Shown: piece by piece, positions 1-17,364 of the stretch
How the letters are laid out: each line of letters starts with the position of its first letter
Position numbering within the stretch: position 1 is the stretch's first letter
Origin: Eledone cirrhosa
Lineage: Eukaryota
Reading direction: 5' to 3'
Assembly: GCA_964016885.1 (NCBI GenBank)
Contig: OZ024742.1
Location: 192,696,001-192,760,000 of the forward strand
DNA length: 64,000 bases
Translations under genes and position numbers: made by a program
The notes under the pieces: model-generated
What the model was told of the DNA's origin: nothing
The model's database searches: none
What the model saw: only the letters and a program-made list of their open reading frames with translations

Positions 1-216
1 ATATATATTTATGAGAGTATATACATATAGATTTGTGCAAAATATTCACACACACACATATATATATATATTTGTGTGTGTGTATATATATATACATATA
101 TATATATATTTATGTGTGCGTATGTATGTACACATATATGTGTATGTATGCATTTGTATGTATGTATCTGTGCGTATGTATGTACACATATATATATATA
201 TATCTGTATGTATGTA
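1..216. repeat. Compound (TA)n/(TG)n/(TATG)n microsatellite
   Basis: Seen directly. The short YI/VC/HT-rich ORFs here and throughout the window are translations of such tracts. Confidence 0.95.
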
Positions 217-1334
217 ATTAATTTTTGTATTCTGAAACATCAAAATACAACAATTTTTTGGGTCACTGGACTCGGGAATGTCACGACAGAAGTTTGTGGA
301 AGTTACACAAATATTTTAGTATATTTTACCAGAGCAATCCTTATTTATATTTTACATTTTACATTTACTTACATCTCAATATAACATGGCTAAAATTCAA
401 ATTTTGCAAAGAGAAGAAAACGGACAAATGAACTAGATACATCTCACTTTCCCCCACCACCACAATAACGTCTATACTCTCTCCCCACCATCACATGTCA
501 TTACCCTATCTAGACTAAAGTCATCGACCTGTTGTCAAACTCTCTACTCTGTGTTGAATGTGTAACTATATATATATATATATATGTATGTATATATGTG
601 TATATACATCACTCAGTCAAACGACCAGATTTCAACCCCAACATCTACAACAACAACACCGGCACTAATGTTTACAGCAACAACAGCTTCAGAATGAATT
701 TATATGAACATTTACAACAACAACAGTGGCATCAAAAGATAAAAAAAAACAAAAAAAAACCCACAAACAAACAAAAAAACTCAAAATAACAAAACACACA
801 CACAGACGCACACAGCACAACAACAACAACATCAACTGCCAGCACCACCACCACCGCCACCACCGCCGCCATCACCATCACCAGCGACCGGGCCTTAAAG
901 AAACAACTTTAATAATAATTTTTCTGCTTTTGGCACGGATCCAGCGACTGGCCAGCGCATCACTGGTACTCTCTTTTGTTTACTCCGTGGGGATGAAGGG
1001 CAAGGTTGACCTCGGCGGGATTTAAGCTCAGAGCCATAACTCTATGCTGTAAAGCAATTATAATAATACTGGACTGTAGTACGATCGGCTTCAACTATAC
1101 AAACTCTTGAAAGTCAACAGTTGACATAATCTTGTAATCTTGTATCAGTAATGACGGTAATATATATATATATGTGTGTGTGTGTGTAAGTGAGTAGCGT
1201 GTGTGTGTTTGTTTGTATGTATGAGTGTTGCTGTGCGCGCGCGTATGTATGCGTGTGTGTGCGCTCATATGTATGCGCGTGTGTGTATGTCGTACCTATA
1301 ATTGTCAATAAGTGATTTTTTTTTTTTTTTTTTG

Positions 1335-4300
1335 CGCGGGGACATAGAAATAATCGGACTGAATGCCCGATCGCGCAGTTAAACCACTGGGAGTGAAGAA
1401 CCCTTAGCCCTTGTCAGGGCATTCTTCTAGGAGAAGGCATCTCAGGAAACTGGGTTAACTCCGACATAAAACCTGCGGCTCAGTAGTTACCGATGATGTT
1501 GATCTTTTCTTCTTTTCGGGTTATAGCTACTGTCGCTCAGAGAGTGGGATTGGCTCAGTGCACAATCTTTCCTCACTTTAAAAATATTCGTCACGCATAG
1601 GCATTGCACGAGTGCATTAATAATTATTGATAGTGTACTATTATTATTATTATTATTATTGTTACTATTATTATTACTTTTTTTTTTTTTTTTTTTTTTG
1701 TCCAATTCAATGATGTTCCAGAACAATATAAAAGAGATAATTGGCAATTTAGGTTCTGGAACAAAAAAGATAATTGGCAATAAGGGCAGGGGCCCCAGGT
1801 TATCACAACCTGGGCCCGCTTGTCATCGTGTCATTGTAATAGAGCCAAACAAGGCATTTAGTCTTGGCTGCTGGAACGTACGGACGCTGCTTGACAAGGA
1901 TTCCTTGGAGCGTCCTGAACGAAGGACCGCCCTTGTTGCAAAAGAGCTTCGACGTTACGATCTTGACATCGTGGCTTTATCTGAGACGAGGTTAGCTGGA
2001 GATGGTCATCTTACAGAATTTTGTGGAGAATATACAATCTTCTGGAAAGGAAGAGATGAAGGAACCAGAAGAGAGGCTGGGGTAGGATTTGCTGTTAAGA
2101 CTGTACTTGTGAATAAATTAGAAGAATTCCCAGTAGGGATTAGTGAGCATCTTATGTCCATAAGAATTCCGCTGGACAAAGGAAGATATGCGACCCTGGT
2201 GAGTGTGTATGCTCCAACTATGAATTCTGTCGATGAAGAAAAAGTGTCCTTTTACCATGCCTTGAAAGGTGTTTTAAGAAATATCCCTCAGGCAGACAAA
2301 GTCATCGTGCTTGGTGACTTTAATGCTAGAGTGGGTAGGGATTTTAACACATGGAATGTAATCGGAAGGCATGGGGTGGGAAAGTGTAACAACAATGGTA
2401 TGCTCCTGCTGCAGATGTGTGAGGAGCTGGATCTGTGTGTTACCAACACCATTTTCCAACAAAAGAACAAATTCAAGACCACATGGATGCATCCTGCATC
2501 TAAGGAATGGCATCTTTTGGACTACGTCCTAGTCAGGATGCGTGACAGACAGGATGTGCAGTGTGTTCGTGCTCTTCGTGGAGCTGAGTGCTGGACGGAC
2601 CACCGCCTGGTACGCGCAAAAGTGAAACTAATCACTAAATGTAAAATCCGGGCTCCTGGTGTTGCCCTGCCCAAAAGATTGAATGCTGATCGTCTTAAGG
2701 ATAAAAATGTGAAGAGGACATTGGAAGAAGAGATGCAGGCTGCATATCTTGGTGAGGATTGGCCGACCCTTAAAAAGTCGGTTTATGATGTAGGCAGGCG
2801 TGTTCTGGGATTGGCGCAGAGAAAACATCAGGACTGGTTTAATGAGAATGATGTACATATAGAAGATTTGTTGGCTGATAAGAGGCGTGCTCTGTCACGC
2901 TACTTGACGGCAAAACCACAGGAGAGGAATACGTTGCATGAGGAACTCAAGGATGTAAAATCACGTGTTAGGCGGAGTCTTTCTCAGATGAAGGATCAGT
3001 GGTGGAGTGAGAAGGCTGGTGAGATACAAACTGCGTCAGATTCCAATAACACAAAGCTGTTGTACAGTCTCTTGCGTGAGGTTTATGGACCGTCTTCTTC
3101 TCTGGTGACAACGCTTCGCAGCAGGGACGGCAAAGAACTTCTTCGTGACTCACAAGGAATTCTACGAAGGTGGCGAGAGCACTTTGATGATCTTTTGAAT
3201 CAGCCGTCTGTCGTCAGTGAAGATTTCCTCAGTCTCATTCCAGAAAGTCCTGTGAAAGTAGCTCTCGCAGAACCTCCGACGCTGGTGGAGGTTGCAGTGG
3301 CTATTTCGAAGCTGAACAGTGGAAGATCTCCAGGTATGGATGGCATACATGCTGAGCTCCTACAATATGATGGTGAGAGACTCCTGCAACATCTTCACTC
3401 TTTGTTTGGCAGGATATGGGCTAATGAATCCGTACCTGAGGACTGGAGAGATGCAGTAATGGTGGTCTTGTACAAGGGAAAGGGTAACAGGAATGATTGT
3501 GGGAACTACAGAGGTATATCATTGCTTTCTGTCGTAGGGAAAGTTTTATGTAGGGTGCTTCTGAACCGTCTGCTGACACACATTGCAGATTGTATTCTTC
3601 CTGAAAGTCAATCTGGTTTTCGTGCTGGACGCGGCACTACTGATATGATCTTCTCAGCTAGACAGCTCCAGGAAAGTGCATTGAACAAGGCTTGGATCTG
3701 TATCAGGTTTTTGTCGATCTGACAAAAGCTTTCGATACTGTTAACAGAGATGCATTATGGAAGGTTCTCCAGAAACTTGGTTGCCTTGATAAGTTCCTTG
3801 CTTTAGTTAGGTCTTTCCATGACGTCATGAAGGCTTGGGTTAATGTCGGAGGTAACATGTCGGAGCCTATCTCAGTAAAAAATGGAGTGAAACAGGGGGA
3901 TATTCCAGCACGGACCCTGTTTGCCATATACTTTGCAATGGTTTTCTGTATTGCATTCAGGAATTGCGAGCATGGTGTTTACATCCGATATCGAACCTCA
4001 GGCAGCATATTTAACATCAGGCACTTTGCTGCAAAGACAAAAGTATTTACATCAATCATAAGAGACCTCTTGTATGCAGATGATTGCGATCTTGTAGCGC
4101 ACACAGAGAGTGATATGCAGCACATTTTGAATGCATTTTCTGACGCTTGCACTGCCCTAGGATTGACTGTCAGTCTCAAGAAAACCGCCGTCATGTACCA
4201 ACCTGCCCCTGGTAAGCAGTACACTGAACCAAATATATATGTGTATGGTAAACGACTTGGAGTGGTTGATCAGTTTGTCTACCTGCGAAGGAGTGTCAAT

Positions 4301-5424
4301 CGATACAGCAACCTTGACAGTGAAATCTCACTTAGGATTAGGAAAGCAAGTGATGCTTTCGGAAAGCTAGAAAGGCGACTCTGGGGTCGGCGAGACATAT
4401 GCAGGAGGACAACGGTAAAGGTGTACAGGGCATGTGTGCTCTCTTGTCTTCTTTATGCCTGCGAGACCTGGGTCACATATCGACACCACCTTAAGCAATT
4501 GGAGCGTTTCCATCAGATGTGTCTCAGACGGATCCATGGCGTTCCCTGGAGGGACCACATCAGTGATGTCGAGATTTTGGAAAGCTCTATGTGTGACAGT
4601 ATAGAAGCTCTTGTGCTTAAGCAACGACTCCGTTGGAGTGGTCACCTTGCCAGGATGAAGGATTCTAGAATACCAAAAAAACTCTTTTATGGAGAGTTGG
4701 TTAAAGGAAAACGACCGCCATATAAACCAATAAAGAGGTATAAGGATTCCTTGAAAGCCTCTCTGAAAGACGCTAACATCTCTGCTGATACATGGGAACA
4801 TTTTGCTGCTGATCGTATCAATGGAGAAAGACTGCATATGATGGAAAAGTTGCCTTTGAGGCATCTCGAATCGCATACGAGAAAGTAAAGCGGGATGTGA
4901 GGAAGGGCATTGCTGTTGCACTTCCAGACGGCGAGGGTCCTCCTATGGTGCTGACATGCAGCGTCTGTGCGAGACTCTGCCTAAGCAAAGCTGGATTCGA
5001 AAGTCATCTTCGCAGTCATAAAGTAAGACCAGTAGTTGACTACCAGGCTGCTGTTGGAGATGCTACTCATCATGCTTGCCAAACATGTGGTAGAGAACGT
5101 AAATCACAAGAGGTCTCAAGCGACATGCAAAAGTACACGAACTCCAACCACAGCCGACTATTCCCAGTGAATGTTTTGGTTGCCGACTCTGTGCAAGACA
5201 TTTTAGATCATTGGCTGGGCTAAAAAGCCACATTCGATCGCAGCGCTGTTAGTTGCTATCGTGTGTGTGTGTGTGTGTGTATAGATATGTTTATGTGTGT
5301 GCGTGTATATGTATATATTTCTTTTTATTTTTATTTTTATTTTCTTTTCTTTTTTATTTATTTATACATTTTTTTCTCCTCGTGCAATGGCCATACTCGA
5401 TAACGAGGGGGCAGCCATCATCAT
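1335..5424 (+). mobile_element. RTE-clade (BovB-like) LINE, near full length, with (ATGT)n tail
   Basis: 5' UTR ~1335-1700. APE endonuclease motifs (WNVRTL, LSETR, VYAPT, LGDFNARVG, LLDY, TDH), RT motifs (NYRGISLL, QSGFR, DLTKAFD, GVKQG, LYADD) and RLRWSGHLARM. The 3' end GGCCATACTCGATAACGAGGGGGCAGCCATCATC is followed by (ATGT)n. Confidence 0.95.
1710..5223 (+). pseudogene. RTE APE-RT polyprotein broken by frameshifts (ORF pieces 1659-3722, 3692-4888, 4897-5223), C-terminal C2H2-like finger
   Basis: Domain order is continuous across three frames. Frameshifts near 3670-3690 (LQE/K-C-I-E-Q) and near 4820-4890. CSVCARLCLSKAGFESHLRSH near the end. Confidence 0.9.
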
Positions 5425-5521
5425 GTATGTATGTATGTATGTATGTATGTATGTATGTATGTATGTATGTATGTATGTATGTATGTATGTATGTATGTAT
5501 GTGTGTATGTATGTATGTATG
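5424..5521. repeat. (ATGT)n tract (RTE tail)
   Basis: Seen directly after the RTE 3' end. Confidence 0.95.
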
Positions 5522-6132
5522 TCAGGTCACCACTTTGTGCTACTGGTAACATGTATCCCAGTACAACCTGTCTCATGGTCGGATCGTTGGCCACTAAACT
5601 GGCAACCCCACCAAGGTTTCTTGGTGAGGAGGGTGACTTTGGACATCCTGCAGGACTAAAAACAAAACTTGTCAAAGGGCAAAGGAGTTCCTAAGAGTTA
5701 ATGGCCATCCAAAATCACCGGCAGAGATGACCCTTAACCTCTGTCAAGGCAGAATTCTAGGAGAAGGAAAACTGTGATATAACACCTGCAACCCTGATGG
5801 TATCCAATGATGTTGACTTGTTCTTCTTTTTGGTAAATATCATCTTGGTTAAGAGAGTGGGACTGGCTTTGTGCAGTGCCTTTGCTCACTATAAAAGATT
5901 CACGGCACAGGCAATGCTTTATATATGGAGATCTCTCTGCACTTGTCGTCACATGGTAAAATGGGCCCAGCACTGTGTGTCAATAATTGGCACAAGTGTA
6001 GTGTTTGTACCAGAGTTTTCAAGTCGCTGGCTGGACTAAAAAGTCACACTTGTTCAGCGCATCGGTAGGGGTTCACCTACATGGATATAAAGTAGTGGCC
6101 GTACTCGAAAATGAGTTGGCAGCCACCATGTG
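5522..6132 (+). mobile_element. Non-autonomous RTE derivative (5' UTR fused to 3' end)
   Basis: 5725-5920 aligns by eye with the RTE 5' UTR 1395-1610 (TTCTAGGAGAAGG, GATGTTGA, GAGAGTGGGA.TGGCT, AGGCA.TGC). It ends in GGCCGTACTCGAAAATGAGTTGGCAGCCACCATG, like the RTE 3' end. No RT coding sequence. Confidence 0.75.
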
Positions 6133-6214
6133 TGGATGTACCATTATTTATGTTATTTTTATGTACCATTATCTAACATTATGTACCATTATGTATGTTA
6201 CTTGGACAGCCAGC

Positions 6215-10215
<4,001 letters not shown>

Positions 10216-10612
10216 AGTAAGAAACCCAATGTGCATATTTACGCTCCCAAAAAGTTATGTATCTTCGTACAAATGGGAATTTAAGCTTGAAATTTGATTT
10301 CGAAGCAGCCATCATTAACCTATGTTAGTCGATGTCGTTGGCGCCATTCTAATCTCTTTTTAGAATATTCAGAAGTCTCGGATAAAATTCTTCAGTTACA
10401 CACCCGTTACATTAAATAAAATACTGTGCATTTACACAACGCAGGGTAATTATAAGTATTGACTGTAGTTTAAATCTCCCGATACTGAGAGATGCCAGAA
10501 ATGATGATGATGATGATGATGATGATGATATAATGTAACAAAATGTTTCGCGAGGTCACACGACCTTTTAGAAAGATCGGCAAAATCTCCTTCATATAAT
10601 ACACAAAATACT

Positions 10613-10800
10613 TAATAATTGTTTCTACTTTAGGCACAAGGCCAGCAATTACCCAGTGCATTACTGGTACTTTGTTTCATCGACCCCGTGAGGATGAAAG
10701 GCAAAGTTAACTTCGGCGGGATTTGAACTCAGAATGGCAAGGGACGTAACTCTTTGCGTCAAAGCATGGCGTCCGACACTCTACCGATACTGCCAATCCA
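10613..10800 (-). mobile_element. tRNA-derived SINE with Meta-like central domain and (ATT)n tail
   Basis: Reverse complement of the family at 21618, 25142 and 35988. A box TGGCAGTATCGG, B box GAGTTCAAATC, central GCCTTTCATCC....GGGGTCGAT.AAA...AGTACC. Confidence 0.9.
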
Positions 10801-10934
10801 ATAATAACTTTAGATAAGTCTATAAAAACATAGGTGTGTTGGTGATAACAGAAACCCCTTTCAGTATAGCTTCGTTCTGTCAGTGACTACCTAATCAACA
10901 ACAACACTAACGTGTATACAAATACTTGCACACA

Positions 10935-11140
<206 letters not shown>

Positions 11141-11155
11141 TAAGTTATATGTGAA

Positions 11156-11492
11156 GGCGCATGGCTTAGTGGTTAGATTATTGAGCTTGCAATCGGGAAG
11201 TTGTGAGTTCGATTCTCAGACCGGGTGATGCTTAGTGTCCTTGAGCAAAACACTTTATTTCACGTTGCTCCAGTTTACTCAGCTGTAGAAATGCGTTGCG
11301 ATGTCACTGGTGCCAAGCTGTATCGGCCGCTGTCTTTCCCTTGGACAACATTGGTGGCGTGGAGAAGTGAGACTGGTATCCATGGGTAACTACTGATCTT
11401 CTGCAAACAACATTGCATGGACTTGTGCCTCGGAAGGGAACACTCTAGCATTCTAGGTGCAAATCCCATGGTTGTGACCGAATGGGCTCTTT
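11156..11492 (+). mobile_element. tRNA-derived SINE with CORE-like domain (octopus OR-type)
   Basis: A box TGGCTTAGTGG, B box GAGTTCGATTC, then GTGTCCTTGAGCAAAACACTTTATTTCACGTTGCTCCAGT. Confidence 0.8.
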
Positions 11493-11536
11493 ATTATGAT
11501 GTATATACATCGTAATAAGTATATACGTACATACGG

Positions 11537-11627
<91 letters not shown>

Positions 11628-11656
11628 CACACACACACGCATATATATATATATAT

Positions 11657-12380
11657 AATTAAGTTAAAAATGTACATCTACATATGCATACTGAAATACT
11701 AGTATGCATATGAATACACACACGTATACATATGTAGATGTAACAAGTCTTTCACTGGTTACTTTACTGTGAGTAACCCAGCTATTTTGTATGTAAACAC
11801 ACAGACAAACCGGTTTTTAGAGTCATACTGGTTTTCGAGGAAACACCTTTCCTCTATTCTCCAGAAAGCCAGACAAGGAATATTGAACTAGTTTCGTTGT
11901 TGTTACAACTCATCAGCAATATTTACCTATCTACCGGCCTTTCTGGAGAATCGTAAAAGCACATATCGTTATATGCTTTTTCTATGAAAATTAGTAGTGG
12001 GCAGACTAATTTGCATAGAGTGTGAGTACGCACCGGTTCAGCGGAGACGATAAAAACAAATAACGAAACGAAATTAAATTTCGTTTCGTTTGTAACTCAC
12101 TTTTGTATGACTGACGCTTAAACAATTAAGTTAAAAATGTACATCTACATATGCATACTGAAATACTAGTATGCATATGAATACACACACGTATACATAT
12201 GTAGATGTAACAAGTCTTTCACTGGTTACTTTACTGTGAGTAACCCAGCTATTCTGTATGTAAACACACAGTATTTCAGTATGCATATGTAGATGTACAT
12301 TTTTAACTTAATTGTTTAAGCGTCAGTCATACAAAAGTGAGTTACAAACGAAACGAAATTTAATTTCGTTTCGTTATTTG

Positions 12381-12387
<7 letters not shown>
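11657..12387 (-). mobile_element. Non-coding hammerhead mini-element: 467-nt unit with ~147-nt direct repeat plus 118-nt inverted segment, (TA)n-flanked
   Basis: 11657-11803 repeats at 12124-12271 (one mismatch). 12270-12387 is the reverse complement of 12050-12167. HHR inside. Confidence 0.85.
11879..11923 (-). ncRNA. Minimal type I hammerhead ribozyme
   Basis: Minus strand: AATATTG CTGATGA GTTGT AACA ACAAC GAAA CTAG TT CAATATT. Stem I 7 bp, stem II 5 bp, palindromic ACTAGT stem III, GUU cleavage triplet. Confidence 0.9.
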
Positions 12388-12448
<61 letters not shown>

Positions 12449-12971
12449 TATATATATATATATATGAATATATATACTTATGTAGATATACACTCATTCG
12501 CACATGGACACATTGACACGAAAGGTTTCTCCCTTGACAGATTAGGTTGGTCTAGTGTTAATGTAGTTAAAGTTTTAATTGAGAATATTTTCATTTTATT
12601 ATGTTTTACTGTAAAATATTTTATTTTGGAGGGTATAATATTTAGTCTGAATTAAAATTGTGTATCTTTTGACACTGCTTTGTTTGTTAGTGGAGGTATG
12701 ATATAGGCCTGGAGAGAAAGTGGCTCTGCCAGGCTTAAAATGCCAAAGAAATGCCATATGTCACTAGGGCTACCCTACAACTCAATCAGGAGTAACAGCA
12801 CCATGCCTGCATAGGTATGGTATAATGATATAAAGGGTTTGTTTCAGATGATTAATTAATTGTGTTAAACGTTGCTTTTGTAACTGAGTAATTGTATTGC
12901 ACTTGGGTGTTTGGATGGTTTGTATTTGATGTATTTATACTATATCGATGTTGGGTGAGCGTATGAGTGAA

Positions 12972-13003
<32 letters not shown>

Positions 13004-13012
13004 TTCACTCAT

Positions 13013-13651
13013 ATCTCCAATAGCCGAAATGCGATTCTTGCTAATTTATATTTATATTAATCTCCTGAGTCTAGCTATTAACCAGTTGATTTTTTTGATT
13101 TTTTAGTTAATTCTATTGACTGATTAATAGCTTATGTTAATTTTTAAAAACTGTTCTGTTGAGAGCTTAATTCGTTTTGTAATATTTTGCAATTTTGCAA
13201 TAACCACACATACTGAATTCATCCGCCAAGACTAGGGGTTATCTCCCTTCTAAACCCCCACGTGGGTTTAGATAACGGTCAGTCCTTAGCTTTGCATAGA
13301 ACTAAATGCCTGTTGAAAAAGTGACTTCCTTGTTCGATCATCATACCAAAAGCTTAATATTATTTGTTTAAGCAGACTGTACCTGATTTAGGAGCTGCAG
13401 AAACCCCATATTGGATTTTACCACCGTTTCCAGAGGGTCCGGGTATACTTTTCAATCATATTTTATTATTTGTTTGACCCGAATAGCTTGGTCGTTTCTA
13501 TGACTTTGCGGATAATGGTTTAACCATCGTCTCAGTGTGTTTGGCCTTTAACTTACGTTGTTGCTCTAGTTCACTAGTTTCTATGCCACACATATCGGAA
13601 GTTGTTTTTCGCTAATCTCCAATAGCCGAAACGCGATTCTCGCTAATTTAT
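13013..13651. repeat. ~602-nt unit bounded by ~38-nt direct repeats, (TA)n-flanked
   Basis: ATCTCCAATAGCCGAAAYGCGATTCTYGCTAATTTATA at 13013 and 13615. Confidence 0.7.
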
Positions 13652-13671
13652 ATATATATATATATATATAT

Positions 13672-14309
<638 letters not shown>

Positions 14310-15042
14310 TGGAAAATGTATGAGATCCTTGGTACAGTTAGGTATATTTGAAAAAAAGGAAAAGAATGACTTCACTTGTAGTGTTGAATAATTTGAATTA
14401 ATTTTATAATATTATCTGTTAGACACGGAGTGACTAAAATAGAATGTTCTAAGTCTGCCTATCTGACATATATGCGTAGCTTGTGAATACAAAATTCAAG
14501 GGCTATCGCTGGCCGTGGTGGTCGCTGCCAAACATGTTTTGTAATGTATCGTCTTATTGGCTAATCAACCAATGAGAGTAATTGTTGCTCAAAAGCATCC
14601 GCCATTTTGATTGCATGTTTATTTATCGTTTCGCTTTCGAATCTTATTTCTGTATTTCTTCGTTTTTTATCATCAAAATATTTTTCTCGTTTTGGTAAGT
14701 TATATTGATAATTTATATAAGATTTTTAAAATTTATATTAACTATTTTATTTTCAGTTCGTTATAAAATGCTTATAATATTGGTTGTATGATATTTACTT
14801 GTATATTTGTCCATATTATTGTTCGTTTTATGTTAGATTATTTTATTATTATTATGTTAGATTATTTCTTTTTATTATTATGTTAGACTATTTGTATGTA
14901 ATATTTAATTTTTATGAATTCAACTATAAGAATTATTATGTACAATATATTTATTTAATATTGATTGTTTTTTTGTAGTTGTTTATATTAAAAGTCTGAA
15001 AATATTTTTATACATCTTACAATAAGGCGTTGCCTTAAAAAA

Positions 15043-15503
15043 ATATTAAACTAGACCTGAAAAATGCGCAAGCTCAAAAGAGCCACAGAATGTTATAATA
15101 AACCTTCAAAAGTGTGGGACTAGAGTTGTTGCTAAAAAATATTGTAATCATTATCTATCGTACACTCTGTGGCCTCATTTTATAAAAAAAGAGACTCATA
15201 ACGAACTCAAGACGACACGATACTTATTTAAGTGAATTTATAATATAGAATTCGGTTTAAGTGTATTTCGTATTAATCATTACTAAACATCTAATATGAG
15301 ATATTGAACATTTGCTTAAATAATTATCGTGTCGTCTTGAGTTCGTTATGAGTCTCTTTTTTTATAAAAGGATGCCACAGAATGTACGATAGATAATGAT
15401 TACAATATTTTTGAGCAACAACTCTAGTCCCACACATTTGAAGGTTTATTATAACATTCTGTGGCTCTTTTGAGCTTGCGCATTTTTCAGGTCTAGTAAT
15501 ATT
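15043..15503. repeat. Inverted repeat, ~180-bp arms with ~100-bp spacer (PLE-type fold-back)
   Basis: 15043-15222 is nearly identical to the reverse complement of 15325-15503. Confidence 0.9.
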
Positions 15504-15728
15504 ATGAGTTGGTAGATCTAATAAGTTCTTTGTTAACTTCGGTAGGAAGAATTTTAAAGATTTCTGGTTAACTTTGTTGGAAAACTTTCTCGCATTCGTC
15601 TGTGGCGATTGTCAAACTGAGATTAGGTTGTGTTGTGATGTGTAACTCTATATATAAGAGAGATTTGGATGTGTCTGGTTTGTGGGGTGTGGTGTTAATG
15701 AGTGTTGATGAAGATTTAAAGGAATTAA

Positions 15729-15788
<60 letters not shown>

Positions 15789-15814
15789 CATACACACACA
15801 CTTACATACAAATT

Positions 15815-16032
15815 AGGAACGATCGACTTTCGTCAAATCGGACCGAGGGAACAATGTTTCCGTTGGTCTTTCCAATTGCTAATACTATCTATCGGTCGCA
15901 ACTCCAGGTAGAAGGAGCAACGTGAAATAAAGTGTCTTGCTCAAGGACATAACGCATCGCCTGGTCCAGGAATCGAACTCACAACCTTACGATTGCGAAT
16001 ACAATTCTCTAACCACTCAGCCACACGCCTTC
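15815..16032 (-). mobile_element. tRNA-derived CORE-like SINE
   Basis: Minus strand GGCGTGTGGCTGAGTGGTTAGAG...GAGTTCGATTCC...GTCCTTGAGCAAGACACTTTATTTCACGTTGCTCC. Confidence 0.8.
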
Positions 16033-16048
16033 ATATATATATATATAT

Positions 16049-16318
16049 AGGAAAAAAGTCAGGACGTCGATGGCTGAGCTCCGGCCGTTTCGACATCTAG
16101 ATCCAAAATAAGCCACCTAGTAGAATGGCGAGAATCTAGCTAGATTCCCGCCGTTCTAATACTGGTGGCTTAGTTGGGATCTAGCTGTCGAAACAGCCGG
16201 AGCTCAGCCGTCGGGGTCCTGACTCTTTTCCTATTACCCACTCAACTACCCTAAGTATTGAGTACTCTGGTGCTTTATAGTGCTCCTGTTACCTTACTAC
16301 ACCATCTTTGTTATTTGT

Positions 16319-16320
<2 letters not shown>
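16049..16320 (+). mobile_element. 5'-truncated, fold-back PLE-type 3' end (palindrome centred ~16140) with half hammerhead
   Basis: ~90-bp arms. GAAACAGCCGGAGCTCAGCCGTC, GTATTGAGTAC motif and (TA)n tail. Same family as 7325-7521, 17412-17584 and 60485-60930. Confidence 0.8.
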
Positions 16321-16349
<29 letters not shown>

Positions 16350-16626
16350 AATAAATAAGAGAGACTGTTTTATTCGTACGTCTTCATTTTTCTTTATATA
16401 ATTCCATTATATGTATTTCAAAGATGCCAGAGATTATATTATAACCCCATGGCATGTTTTCATCAGATAGTTCAAGATGTGTTTTCCTATCCATTGATAT
16501 GTTACTGGTTTTTCGTGGTGTTTACATTGTTGGCCAGTACCCATAATATGTTAATGACTTACAGAGAATATCCTAAGGAATACAAATCGTTGAGTGCTTT
16601 ACGTCTTTTTAAGAAAAATTCGGTAG

Positions 16627-16724
<98 letters not shown>

Positions 16725-16842
16725 TTGTGCGCGCTCTGATAATTAATGCGTTCACTCTAGTCATCATATTCCAAAACACTTACCTAAAGGCTTTCAAATG
16801 TTTGTTCATAAACATACCATATATCGCAAGATATAAACCCAA

Positions 16843-16876
<34 letters not shown>

Positions 16877-17285
16877 CCGACGGTCTTGTCCATTTGATTG
16901 TTTGTTTATTGTGGTCTCTGTTTTCCAAGTGCATCGTTTACACATATTGCATTCTATGTTCGCCTGCTTTTGTTCTATATATGTGTAGTATAAGTGTATG
17001 TATATTTTGGGTATTATCGAAGATGAATAGACTGGTTGGAGCAATAACAGTCTGGTTTGCCCGTATATATACATACATAAAACCACAGACCCCCTATCTC
17101 AACTCTACTTTTGAAAAGCAGAAGAACTACGAAACCGGTAAAGGAGCCAAATAAATATATATATTTAAAAAAAAAAAAGACTCCAGTTGCATTTTCGATT
17201 TCATCTTTTTTCCTTATACTTTCACTCGTGTAGGTCACCTCGGTTATTTTTTATTTTGTAAAAAAGAACCTCACTTTCTAATAAT

Positions 17286-17364
<79 letters not shown>

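Noticed and set aside
5540-5610. HDV-like ribozyme in the RTE-derived head (CTAA followed by ACTGG)
   Set aside because: I could not assign P1, P3/L3 and P1.1 consistently in both copies; kept only as a structured-RNA candidate.
12500-12960. Possible PLE coding relic on the minus strand
   Set aside because: Only a faint LS.G..F-like resemblance and no catalytic motif.
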